A stretch of 64,000 nucleotides of DNA, taken from NCBI GenBank assembly GCA_951406725.2, contig OX597834.1, positions 19,344,001 to 19,408,000 of the forward strand, written 5' to 3'. Under the pieces are notes generated by a model. That model was not told where the DNA came from, ran no database searches, and saw only the letters and a program-made list of their open reading frames with translations. Each line of letters opens with the position of its first letter. The stretch's first letter is position 1. The position numbers and the translations under genes were made by a program. Source of the stretch: Octopus vulgaris (taxonomy: Eukaryota). This document shows, in pieces, positions 12,490 to 24,460 of the stretch.

Positions 12490-12635
12490 CAGCTTGCTAA
12501 CCAACCACATGGTTCCGGGTTCAGTCCCACTGCGTGGCATCTTGGGCAAGTGTCTTCTGCTATAGCCCCGGGCCGACCAACGCCTTGTGAGTGGATTTGG
12601 TAGACGGAAACTGAAAGAAGCCTGTCGTATATATG

Positions 12636-12666
<31 letters not shown>

Positions 12667-12886
12667 TTGTGTGTCTGTGTTTGTCCCCCTAGCATTGCTT
12701 GACAACCGATGCTGGTGTGTGTTTACGTCCCTGTCACTTAGCGGTTCGGCAAAAGAGACCGATAGAATAAGTACTGGGCTTACAAAGAATAAGTCCCGGG
12801 GTTGATTTGCTCGACTAAAGGCGGTGCTCCAGCATGGTCGCAGTCAAATGACTGAAACAAGTAAAAAGAGTAAAAAGAGTAAAGAG
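12490..12886 (+). mobile_element. SINE family A, slightly 5'-truncated
   Basis: B box GGTTCAGTCCC, ttgggcaagtgtcttc core, (TA)(TG) linker, tail ggcggtgctccagcatgg...gactgaaacaagtaaaaagag. Confidence 0.9.
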
Positions 12887-13808
12887 TATAATACATTTTA
12901 CTTCAACTTCATACCAAAACATACATCTTAGAAGCTAAAAGCATTCCCCGTCGTTTAGGAATATTTTGCATACAATTAGAATTAATTTAGCCATTAACAA
13001 AGTCATTTGGTAGTCATTGATATTATATTAATGTTATATGGCTTCGACTGTCTTAAGTGTTTCAGCAACTGTTTAAACAGCTCAATTCATGTCATTTCTC
13101 GGGCATAAATAATCGTTACCCTATCAAGTAATTAGAACTAATATGTAGATCTAACTTTAAGCAGGGGAAAAGAATGAAAATATAAAAAAAGTCCATAAAA
13201 ATGGACAATTTTCTTCAAGATATAATATTTCTCTCTTGCAAAAGAAAGTCGTTTATTTTTGTCGTTCTTTTGTTAAATGTTCATTTTTTTACAAAAAAAT
13301 TTTGATGCATGTATTTTTTTTTCTACTCACATTAATCCTTGTAATTATTTTAAGAAAATAAACCATAAAGCAAAAATACAGTTTTGTCCCTCTAGTCATC
13401 ATTCATCTTATAGCACCATCGAAAATAGTTTATATTTTTTAATACCAATTAAGAAAGGAGGATTAAATAAAAAAATAAATAAATAAATAATTACCCCAGG
13501 AAATGGTGGTTGTTTAAGGTTTTGACTTGACAATGTTGTTCTATTAATCTCGACCTTCCTGTTTTTGCTCAATACAAATTGATTTATGATTATACTTGAG
13601 GTATTCAATTTCGGAAGCTATGATAATATTTATTTCAGTTCCGAGTCATGCATCTTGGTGCTGTCTAAAAACATCAGCTGCATATGATGGAGTGTGAATA
13701 AGTACATCACAGATTTCTAGACATTGTTTTCGAAGATGAAGCAATTTACAAATCTTGCAATAGATATATCATCATCATCAGCATCATCATCATCATCATT
13801 ATTTAACA

Positions 13809-14024
13809 GAAACGTTAGCACGCCGGGCGAAATGCGTAGCCGTATTTCGTCTGTTGTTACGTTCTGAGTTCAAATTCTGCCGAGGTCGACTTTGCCTTTC
13901 ATCCTTTCGGGGTCGATAAATTAAGTACTAGTTTCCAACTGGGGTCGATGTAATCGACTTAATCCCTTTGTCTGTCCTTGTTTGTCCCTTCTATGTTTAG
14001 CCCCTTGTGGGTAGTAAAGAAATA
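13809..14024 (+). mobile_element. SINE family B (B1 tail) inserted into a minus-strand family C tail
   Basis: Flanked by the 9-bp direct repeat TATTTAACA (13800-13808 and 14025-14033). The host C element continues to ~14220. Confidence 0.85.
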
Positions 14025-14404
14025 TATTTAACACACGTTTTCTGTGCTGGCATGAGTTGGTCAGCTTGATAGGAACTGGTAAAGCCAGGAACCATAGTCT
14101 GTCTTGGCTTTGGTTTCAATGGCTGGATGCCCTTCTTAATGCCAACCATTCCAGAGTGTAGTGAATGCTTTTTATATGGCACCAGAACCCACACTAATGC
14201 ATTTTTATTTTATGTGGCACCTTGCTTTTACAAAAGATCATGTGATCAATTTATTGAATGTTCTCTCCTCAAGTATTTCCAGTGTTTACCTCAACAGCTC
14301 ATGATTCAAAAATGTTTTAAATGGCTGCTGCATTGATATTTTATGTACATAATCTTGGTTATACACTATCTTTATATAGAATCATATTATTATTATTATT
14401 ATTA

Positions 14405-14569
14405 TGGTTCTAAGTTCAAATTCTGCCAAGGTTGACTTTGCTCTTTCATCCTTTCAGGGTCAATAAATTAAATACCAGTTGAGTACTGGGGTTGATGTAA
14501 TCAATTTAACTCCTCCACCAAAATTTCAGGCCTTGTGCCTATAGTAGAAAGGATCCTTCTTCTTCTTAC

Positions 14570-14608
<39 letters not shown>

Positions 14609-14619
14609 TACTATTATTA

Positions 14620-14680
<61 letters not shown>

Positions 14681-14905
14681 GGCAGTGAGCTGGCAGAATC
14701 GATAGCACACTAGGCAAAAGGTTGAGCTGCATCTTGTCCATCTTAACTTTCTGAGTTCAAATTCTGTCAACATCTACTTTGCCTTTCACCTTTGCAGGGT
14801 TGATAAATTAAGTACCTGTTGAGCACTGGGGTCGATGTAATTGACTAACTCCCTCCCCCAAAATCTCAGACCTTGTGCCTTTTGTAGAAAGAATTATTAT
14901 TATTA
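14405..14905 (+). mobile_element. Two tandem SINE family B (B2 tail) copies joined by (ATT)n
   Basis: Repeated B body and aaatttcaggccttgtgcct-like tail; long ATT run at 14570-14679. Confidence 0.85.
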
Positions 14906-15270
14906 CGATCGTCTTTCAAATTGGTTTCCATTTTTTGCCGAGTGTCTTCCTGACACCTAGGACAGAGAAACGCACTGTATATATTGGCAGGCCATTAAAA
15001 TGAATGCACCGGATTGTTCATTTACAAAGTCACGTGATGAAGAAAAAGGGGAAGAAAGACAGAGAGGAAAAAAGGAAAAAATAAAAACTAAAAAAGGAAA
15101 CAAAGGAAATAAAAAAGAAAAAAATATTCACAGTGATAATGCTCTTCTCAGTACATGTGATGTACTAGTTAAGACAATCTTTTGCACTTCTTGCATGGAT
15201 CGTAAGCCAGGGATCATTCTTGAATAATCTTCAGTTCCTTTTTTTGATCATTCCAAGTGCTCCTTCAATC
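14895..15270 (-). mobile_element. R4/Dong-like non-LTR retrotransposon 3' fragment
   Basis: Minus strand translates (one frameshift) IEGALGMIKK..GTEDYSRMIPGLRSMQEVQKIVLTSTSHVLRRALSL*, resembling the C-terminus of restriction-like-endonuclease LINEs. Ends in (TAA)n. Confidence 0.7.
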
Positions 15271-15271
15271 T

Positions 15272-15503
15272 GGCAAGCTGGCAGAATCGTTAGCATGCCG
15301 GGTGAAATGCCTAGCGGTATTTTGTCTGCCGTTACGTTCTGAGTTCAAATCCCGCTGAGGTCAACTTTGCCTTTCATCCTTTTGGGGTCGATTAAATAAG
15401 TACCAGTTACGCACTGGGGTCGATGTAATCGACTTTATCCGTTTGTCTGTCCTTGTTTGTCCTCTCTGTGTTTTAGCCCCTTGTGGGTAGTAAAGAAATA
15501 GGT
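15272..15503 (+). mobile_element. SINE family B (B1 tail)
   Basis: Full tRNA-like head, gcctttcatcc central domain and ccccttgtgggtagtaaagaaatagg end. Confidence 0.9.
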
Positions 15504-15599
15504 ATTGTAAGTCTTGTGAGCCCACATCTTTACAATATCAATTAGCAAATCTTTATATTTTCTGAGCTTATCAAATTCTTTTGCTGAAATATTATGGTC

Positions 15600-15640
<41 letters not shown>

Positions 15641-16039
15641 GCTATATGCATAGAGCTTGATGATTCCTCCAAGAGCATTACCAATAAAACAAAGACACCA
15701 TTTCCATAATTAAGCCAAGCTTTGAACTTTCAGATTCGAACTCATCAAAGCTGAGTCTCTGAAATGTTTCACAAAAACCTAGCCATTTGCTAACAACATT
15801 TCCAGTATCCCATTGCTATCCTTTCTAATTATTAATACATTTTATCCTCCCGAGGAAAGCAAGCTGTTCTTAAACGAAGTGTGGAACATTATTGTGATTG
15901 ATATTATATTGTAGTTTTCTTGTTGCTTGAGGAATTAAGGCTGCTACTACTGTTGCTGCTGCTGCTGTTGTTTAACCTCAAATCAACCCTGATGAAGCAG
16001 AACTATGATCAAAAGCATTCCAGCCATAAACATGCTGGC

Positions 16040-16098
<59 letters not shown>

Positions 16099-16882
16099 GT
16101 ATTTTTTCTTTTTACTATTATTATTATTTCTGGCATAGTTTATCTTGTACTACATAATCACCACATGTCTTTCTCTTTTGTATTTAAGATAGTGGTGTGT
16201 GATATGAGGAGAATTTGGTTGTTATTTCTAGTACATTGAGTGACCACAAAGAATTTTTTGTTTTTAATCTGGTTTGCCCAACTAAATTTTGTAGCAGCAA
16301 TGGTGGAGGCAGTAGTATTAGTATTAGTAGTAGTAGTAGTAGTAGTAGAAGTTGTGGTTGTGGTAATTGCTGTACTAGTAGTTGCAGCAGTAGTAGTAGC
16401 AGCAGTAGTAGTAGCAGCAGTAGTAGTAGTGATGCCAAACATGAAGACTAATACTAAGATTAAACAGCAAGTCAAGAATTAGTGGACCCCACAGATATGA
16501 ATATTTGGGTGTATAATGGATTAAAACCTGGCATGTGCCATCAGTAATTATTCAGGGTAGGCATTTGATGACTTTTATGTAATAAAACACAAAAAAATAA
16601 GCAAAACACAGGTGGAGGCAAATTTACTTCTGCTTTCATAGCGCATAATGAAAACATTGTTGTAGGAATGTACGCAGCATGTGTACCACATCAGTTCTAT
16701 GTGTAGCTTTAATACTGAGATTGAAATTCAGGGGTAAATTATGCCTACCCAATCTACAAAAAATAAAATACTTTGTATTTTATGCATAGTAATCAGAGTA
16801 ACCTTCATAATTTTATTGAATTAGGTGCATATTTTGCCATAAAGGGAAAATTTTACTATTGATCTATTTTATTCAGGGTAGG

Positions 16883-17285
16883 ACTTTAGGGTAGGACTCC
16901 TCAAAGTGGTAGGATGGTGTAAACGAGCAGTTTCAGAGCTATGCCGTCAGGAACTTTGGTTCCTGGTAGGGCTACCCAAAGCAGATTCGTCTGGCACCGA
17001 GTGGTATTAGGGCCGCAGCCTGGCCAATGGGGCTCTGGTGAAAATTCCAAGAGGCATCTGATCGGCAACCGGTGGCCTCGAGGTCGTTCTGTCCCTGCGT
17101 CGGTGGAAACTCCATGGCAAACAGGGCGTCCCGTCACTCAAGATATGCATGCAGGATGTCGGGGACCGCTCATGAATTCAATATTCCCACGAAACCTCAT
17201 CTATGGTTTGTGATGCCATCAGGACCAGAGAAGAAGCTGGCTCAACCCACCCAGGGTGAACTCCGTCACAAGTACAAGTAAGTAG
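16883..17285 (+). mobile_element. Internally deleted (bipartite) RTE-type retroelement with 12-bp TSD
   Basis: Direct repeat ATTCAGGGTAGG at 16871-16882 and 17286-17297; GC-rich body; 5' cctggtagggctaccc motif; caagtacaagtaagta tail. Confidence 0.6.
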
Positions 17286-17892
17286 ATTCAGGGTAGGCAC
17301 TGCCTAATTTGCCTATCCAGGTGGCATGTCTGTGGTTGAAACCTTGCTGAAGCAAATTAATTAATATTATTATGAAGAATAAATAATTAGTATTATTATG
17401 AAAAATAAAAAAAATAAAGCATCAAGCAGACAGAATTGTTAACACATTGGGGAAATGCTTCACGGCATTTTGTCTGTCCTTACATTTTGAGTTAAAAATT
17501 CTGATAAGGTTATCTTTGCCTTTTAACCTTTCGGGATCAACAAAATTAGTACCAGTTGAATACTGGGGTTGATGTAATTGAAAGAAGCCTGTCATATGTG
17601 TGTGTGTGTGTGTGTCCCATCACTACTATCAGCTAGTGTTGGTGTGTGTTTGTGTCCTTGTTGCTTAGTAGTTTGGAAAAAGAGACTGATAGGATTAATC
17701 AGCCTAGAGCTAGTGTAGAAGACAATTGCCCAAAGAATTCTGCCACATAATGGGACTGAACCCAAAGCCATGTGTTTGTAAAGTGAACTTCTCAGCTGCA
17801 CAGCCATGCCCACACCTGTCATACATTTCTGGCTAACAAATTCTCCTGTAATTCTGAGCTTTTTAAAGCTAAGTGGAAGGAAAAAAAGGAAT

Positions 17893-18437
17893 AGGTGCAG
17901 GATTGGGTGTGTGGTAAGAAACTTGCATTCCAGCCACATGGTTCCAGGTTCAGTCCCACTGCATGACATTTTGGGTAAGTATCTTCTACTATAGCCCCAG
18001 ACTGACCAAAGCCTTGTGAGTGAATTTGGTATACGGAAATTGAAAGAAGCCCGTCACATATTTATATATGTATATATGTATTTGTGTGTCTGTGTTTGTC
18101 CTGGGGTTGATTTGTTTGACTAAAGTCAGTATTCCAGCATGGCCACAATCAAACGACTGAAAAAAGAAAAAGAATAAAAGAATATATATATGTGTGTGTG
18201 TATGTGTGTGTGTGTGTCTGTGTTTGTCCCCCCCCCCCCACCACCACCACCATCGCTTGACAACTGATGCTGGTGTGTTTATGTCCCTGTAACTTAACAG
18301 CTCAGCAAAAGTGACTGATAGAATAAGTACTAGGCTTACAAAGAATAAGTCCTGGGGCGGGAGTCGATTTGTTCGACTAAAAGGTGGTGCTCCAGCATGG
18401 CTGCAATCAAATGACTGAAACAAGTAAAAGAATAAAA
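17893..18437 (+). mobile_element. SINE family A with duplicated 3' half
   Basis: Head 17893-18055, internally deleted tail to ~18180, second full tail ~18190-18437. Confidence 0.85.
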
Positions 18438-18462
18438 ACGAATTTCTTTTTTTCTTTTTTTT

Positions 18463-18866
18463 TCTTTTTACTTGTTTCAGTCATTTGACTGTGGCCATGC
18501 TGGAGCACCGCCTTTAGTCGAGCAAATCGACCCCGGGACTTATTCTTTGTAAGCCCAGTACTTATTCTATTGGTCTCTTTTGCCAAACCGCTAAGTGATG
18601 GGGACGTAAACACACCAGCATCGGTTGTCAAGCAATGCTAGGGGGACAAACACAGACACACAAACACACACACACACACATATATATATATAGACATATA
18701 TATGACGGTCTTCTTCCAGTTTCCGCCTACCAAATCCACTCACAAGGCATTGGTCGGCCCGGGGCTATAGCAGAAGACACTTGCCCAAGATGCCACGCAG
18801 TGGGACTGAACCCAGAACCATGTGGTTGGTAAACAAGCTACTTACCACACAGCCACTCCTGCACCT
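18463..18866 (-). mobile_element. SINE family A, full length
   Basis: Near-consensus reverse-complement copy (cttgtttcagtcatttgactg...cagccactcctgcacc). Confidence 0.9.
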
Positions 18867-19619
18867 ATTTTTTAAAAACAGTTGAGGTTTTCCAAGTTAG
18901 TGACAGGAAGAGCATCCAGCTGTTAAATGATGCTTCAGCATGTATTCTTCCAACCCAGGTTAGCATGGAAAAACAGACATAAAATGAATTAATGGACAAA
19001 CCGCTTTTCAACTGTGTAAGTAATTTGAGACTAAGGACAGTTCCGTGCTAGTTCTAAGCTAGTTTTCTTCTTTTTTTTTTATATTTATATCTACCAACTG
19101 GTCTCATATAACATCTTTTCATTTATCTCCTGGGGTTTTCCATTTCAAACCTTCAGTTAAAATAAATAAATAAATGAATGAATAAATAAATAAGTAAATG
19201 AACAGATAAAACAATCGTGCAAACACCAGAAAATAAACAAAAAAAATGAAAAAGAAAGAACCTGCAGTTTTGCTTGTGTCAACAACCAAAACATACTTTA
19301 AATCAATAACAATTCCAATCGAATATCGTTGATGAGAGATCCTTTCTAAAAGCATAGAATCTGCTCCTGTGTTAATACATTTTCAGAATCATTTAACTAC
19401 ATATCTTTGTCGCCAGTGGACTGTACTAAAACCTATATTTCATATGACAATGGCTTAAAGAAGAAGAAGAGGAAGGAAGAAAGGAAGAAAGTTGGAGGAA
19501 GGGAATGGGGAGAAAAAAAAAAGGGAGGAAAACAAATGGCATTGTTTGTTCAATTGATTTATTATAATGTGAGAGTGTTTGTTGCGTGTGTTTGTGCGAT
19601 ATTACTGCTTTGGGATCTT

Positions 19620-20008
19620 TGTGTGTATGTATGTATGTATGTATGTATGTATGTATGTATGTATGTATGTATGTATGTATGTATGTATGTGTATGTATGT
19701 ATGTATGTGTGTGTATGTGTGTGTGTGCCTGTATGTATGTATGTATGTATGTATGTGTGTGTGTGTATGTGTGTGTGTGTGTCTGTATGTATGTATGTAT
19801 GTATGTGTGTGTGTGTGTGTGTTTGTGTATGTATGTATTTATGTATGTCTGTATGTGTGTTTATATGTACATGTGTATGTGTATATTTTGTATGCATGCA
19901 TTTGTATTTGTCACTGGTAATTTTTTGGTTTGTCGTGAAGGTTGTTCAGATACACACTCACACACACAAATATTTATATACACACACAAACACACACATG
20001 TTGTGTGC

Positions 20009-20066
<58 letters not shown>

Positions 20067-20150
20067 GTATATATGTATGCATGTATGTATGTATGTTGTG
20101 TGTGTGTGCATTTGTATAGATACTTGTATATTTATATATATATATATACA
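19620..20150. repeat. (TATG)n/(TG)n/(TA)n compound microsatellite
   Basis: Read directly. Confidence 0.9.
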
Positions 20151-20625
20151 TGCGCGGCACAGCCTTGAAGAATTTTAATTGAATGAATCGATCTCAGTCC
20201 TGTTTCTTTTTATTTCTTTTTACGCCTGGTACATATTCCATTGGTTTCTTTTGCTGAACCACTGAGTCATGAGGGATGTAAACACATCAACACTGATAGT
20301 CAAGTGGTTGTGGGGACAAGCTGAGACACAAATACACACACGCATATGCTTGCACACCTTTTAGTTTCTGTCAATCAAATTCACTCAAAAGGCTTTGGTC
20401 AGCCTGAGGCTATAGTAGCAGACACTTGCCCAAGATGCCATGTAGTGGGACTGAACCTAGAACCATGTGGTTAAGAAGCAAACTTCTTATCACGCAGCCA
20501 TACACATATGCATGTATATGTGTGTGTGTGTGTGTATAGGTGAAATTTACAGATAAACAAAAGATAAAGACAGTTGTATGAACAAACAGGTGTATTTGTT
20601 TGACACTCGGGAAAGTGAAAAAGTA

Positions 20626-21057
20626 GAGCGTAGGCGAGAAAGATATGCCATAATATACATCTGGAAGATCCTAGAAGGACTTGTCCCAAACTTTGGCATC
20701 GAGAGTTACACAAATGCCAGAACTGGGCGCCACTGCATAGTGCCAAGGATGTAGGACAAGATACTGTGATAGCCTGGGCTTCCGAGGCCCACAGCTCTTC
20801 AATATCCTCCCGAAGAACCTAAGAGACCTGCATGGGGTGGATGCAGATGTCTTTAAAATGAAACTGGATCTCTTTTTGTCAGGTGTACCAGATGAACCAA
20901 CTTCATGGCAGGAGGAGCAGATTAGGGCATGCACCAGATGGCATTTGCTAAAAAGCATTCATGAAGTAAAATCATGTAGCAACACCAAATGGCGGTGCCC
21001 CAGCATGGCCACAGCTTGTGAGCTGAAACTAAATAAAATAAAATAAATAAATAAAAT
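20626..21057 (+). mobile_element. CR1-group LINE ORF2 C-terminus and 3' tail (5'-truncated)
   Basis: Translates ERRRERYAIIYIWKILEGLVPNFG...GPQLFNILPKNLRDLHGVDADVFKMKLDLFLSGVPDEP with a frameshift. Tail ggcggtgccccagcatggccacagcttgtgagctgaaac plus (TAAAA)n. Confidence 0.8.
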
Positions 21058-21149
21058 ATATAATAGAGGATAAAATTATTAAAAAAATTTTATCAGTGAC
21101 CAGCATATAAAAATAGACCGTTTGAGGTGAAATCATATATATAATTATA

Positions 21150-21317
21150 ATTAAGGGCATAAAAAAGTTTTTCCACATTATATACTGAAGGTAGACACTA
21201 AATCATCTCACCACTTTAAAAGCCACAAGAATTTTTGTGATTTTGAAAGTGGTGAGACGATTTAATGTCTGTCTTCAGCATATAGGCTAGAAAAAAATAT
21301 TTTCCTATGCCCTTAAT
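21150..21317. repeat. Imperfect spacerless palindrome
   Basis: attaagggcata...cacaaga|ttttgtg...tatgcccttaat; the arms differ mainly by transitions. Confidence 0.75.
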
Positions 21318-21435
21318 ATAGACTTAATTCATCTCACCCGCCTTATATCATTTCATATCAAGGAGAATTGTTGATGTTTTATTTAAACATTAATCATCCA
21401 ACACGCATGGAGATGTTTTTTAACTGCTCTCTTCC

Positions 21436-21510
<75 letters not shown>

Positions 21511-22023
21511 ATGACAATAATAATCCCTGGATGTAGTTTATAAACATTTTAGTGCCTCATTACGTGCATTTCCACGAAGCACTTGTTTCTTAAGATCATA
21601 GTCCGTATTCCTGGGATGATTTGATTACAGTACAGTCCATAGTATCCGGGAAAATCAGGTAGATCATGTTCGTGCATTCATTTCTTCGGGTGAAATAGCA
21701 TTAATAGATTTTTAACTGAGGGTTGTTTACAAATTTTGATCAGGGTTTGTGAGCATTTTATATGCTTTTATACACTTATTCAAACCTTTTCTGTTACAAA
21801 CTTAAAGGATTTATATATATGTTGTATGTATGTTTGTGTGTGCGTATATGTATGTATATATATAAGGTACACACACATACACATACATGCTCATATATGT
21901 ATGTATTCATGACTATTTGTTTATACATTATACATATCAAAGTTTGGATTTACCATTAACTTCAGGCCTGCTTTTATGTGGATTATCATTTGTAAGTACA
22001 GACTCATTGATATCAGAATGCTA

Positions 22024-22131
<108 letters not shown>

Positions 22132-22229
22132 GTGTATGTGTGTGTGAATATAATGTATGTATGTATAATGTGCAGCACTAAGGCTCTGGTCCTTGAATGA
22201 ATTACAAATTACAGAATTCAAGGTGGTTT

Positions 22230-22263
<34 letters not shown>

Positions 22264-22507
22264 GCAGAAGAACCAAAACGAAAAGATACAAATGAAATCA
22301 CTAGTTACACTAATGACTTAATTATGTGGCAATTAATATTAGTTTGTGTCAGATGTTCAAATATATTCTTTGATGTGTTTAAAAAAGGTAAATAAAAGCA
22401 ATACAACAGAGAAGTGAAGTGTTAGAAGAGAATGATATAATCACTAGTTCTAGCTATGATTTAATTGTAGAGTATTTAATTTATAGGTAATATTATGATG
22501 CAAATTA

Positions 22508-22922
22508 AGGTGGCGAGCTGGCAGAAACGTTAGCACGCCAGGCGAAATGCATAGTGGTATTTCGTCTGCTGCTACGTTCAGAGTTCAAATTCCGTCAAGG
22601 TCGACTTTGCCTTTCATCCTTTCGGTGTCGATTAAATAAGTACCAGTTACGCACTGGAGTCAATATAATCGACTTAATCCGTTTGTCTGTCCTTGTTTGT
22701 CCTCTCTGTGTTTAGCTCCCTTGTGGGTAGTAAAGAAATAGGTATTTCATCTGCCACTACGTTCTGAGTTCAAATTCTGCCGAGGTCAACTTTGCCTTTC
22801 ATCCTTTCGGGGTCGATTAAATAAGTACCGGTTACGCACTGGGGTCGATATAATCGACCTAATCTGTTTGTCCTTGTTTGTTCCCTCTGTGTGTACCCCC
22901 TTGTGGGCAATAAAGAAATAAA
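22508..22922 (+). mobile_element. SINE family B followed directly by a 5'-truncated second copy
   Basis: Full copy 22508-22742; the second copy starts at the shared ggtattt microhomology. Confidence 0.9.
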
Positions 22923-24211
22923 TATTCTGTAAAACAGCAGAAAAGAATCTACTTAACAACTCCTACTCAACCCTTCTGTTACCATATTTCTGTTGAAATA
23001 AACAGCTTTTCTTTAAATTAATTTTGAAAATAATGAAGAATTTAATAAGATAATTTTGTCATTTTTAAGTAGGAGTGTGGAATATAAAATAGCGTGGGAT
23101 TTGGATGGAAGATTTTAATTTAGACCACTTTAAAACAAAAAGCTTGTTACACAAGTCTCTGGGTGGTCTCAGGCAGGTTTGGTATCAAAAACCATTGAAT
23201 CAACCTCAGAACTTTGATTATATTAGTCTTTAGTATAACGGTTGTTTTATACACTTGTTATTATTCTTAAGAGAAAGACGCAGTCCTTGAATTGCATGAA
23301 TAGAAGAAACATTATGTTCCATCCATTTTATTTATTCATTCAACTCCTGATCTACTCCGGGTTGCAAACATACATAAAATACAAATATATTCAACCACAT
23401 TCCATTGACTAACAGACACATCATTCACTCAACTATTGTGACCCTTCTTTCATGATTTTCAATACCATTTCCATCATTGCTACCTTCATCATTTTAATAT
23501 CTTTTTGTCAATCGTTGTAGGTTCAATGGTATTGGTTTTTAGAATTCTTGTGTTCTTCTTACTTGGTATAAACTAACAATGTATCACATTGGAAAATGGA
23601 CATAGTTTGTCTCATAAATCAATAAAAATCATATTAGTATAGGGAAAAATAGAAGCAAAATCATTGGTGATGGTGAATAAAGCCATATCTAGAATATCTC
23701 TTTTTTTCTTCTTCTCCTAATGTACCTGATACCTGATCTCTTCATTATGAAGACATAATACTGTAATCCATTAAACGGCTGCATATGTTGGAATGAGAAA
23801 GGTTTTACTAAGACTTTATAATGCACAGAATAACACAGAACAAACACTAAACTCCTGCTAAGTGAAGGTCGCATGGTTTTAGTTGGTAATTGTAGGTATT
23901 TCATTCTCCTTAAATTGGTAATGCTGTTAGTATAAATATCACCCTTCATATATTTCTCTCCACTCACCACTAATAAAAATAAACCTTGTGACTAAACAGG
24001 CTGCGTTATTTCTTTTTTGTTCTATTGCTGGTTTCAGTCGCTGGACTGTGGTCATACTGGAGCATTGCCTTGCAGGGTTCTAGTTGGTCAGATTGATCTC
24101 AATATTTTTTTAAAAACCTGCTACATATTTGTTGGTCTCTTTCTGAAAAATTGCTCAATTTGAGTGTCAGGCAATGAGAGACAAACACAACTCTCCCAAA
24201 CCATGTACATA

Positions 24212-24259
<48 letters not shown>

Positions 24260-24260
<1 letters not shown>

Positions 24261-24460
24261 TAGAGTATCGCCGGCGTTGCTCGGGTTTGTAGGAAATTTA
24301 CAAAAAAAAACAAAAGACTCAATATGAGGGGGGCACTGCTTTTAGTGTACAAAACAAACAGATGTATTATTTTTAAATCGTAGACTCATCGTAGACACGC
24401 TCTCGAGGAATAAGATACCCAAAACGCACCGCAAAATGTGGGAATAGTTAGGAATCTTTT
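24260..24460 (-). mobile_element. Non-autonomous Helitron-like 3' end
   Basis: Minus strand ends cccgagcaacgccggcgatactCTAG|T: a subterminal GC hairpin followed by CTAG, next to (TA)n. The other end is not defined. Confidence 0.55.

Noticed and set aside
12472-12805. Recurring peptides such as 'QIHSQGIGRPGAIAEDTCPRCHAVGLNPEPCGW'
   Set aside because: They are translations of SINE family A, not a gene family.
15718-15752. Hammerhead-like string on the minus strand (TGATGAG...GAAAGTTC)
   Set aside because: No valid stem II, and the core is incomplete once stem I is paired.
23689-23970. 93-aa minus-strand ORF in unique DNA
   Set aside because: No recognisable motif; its length is within chance expectation.
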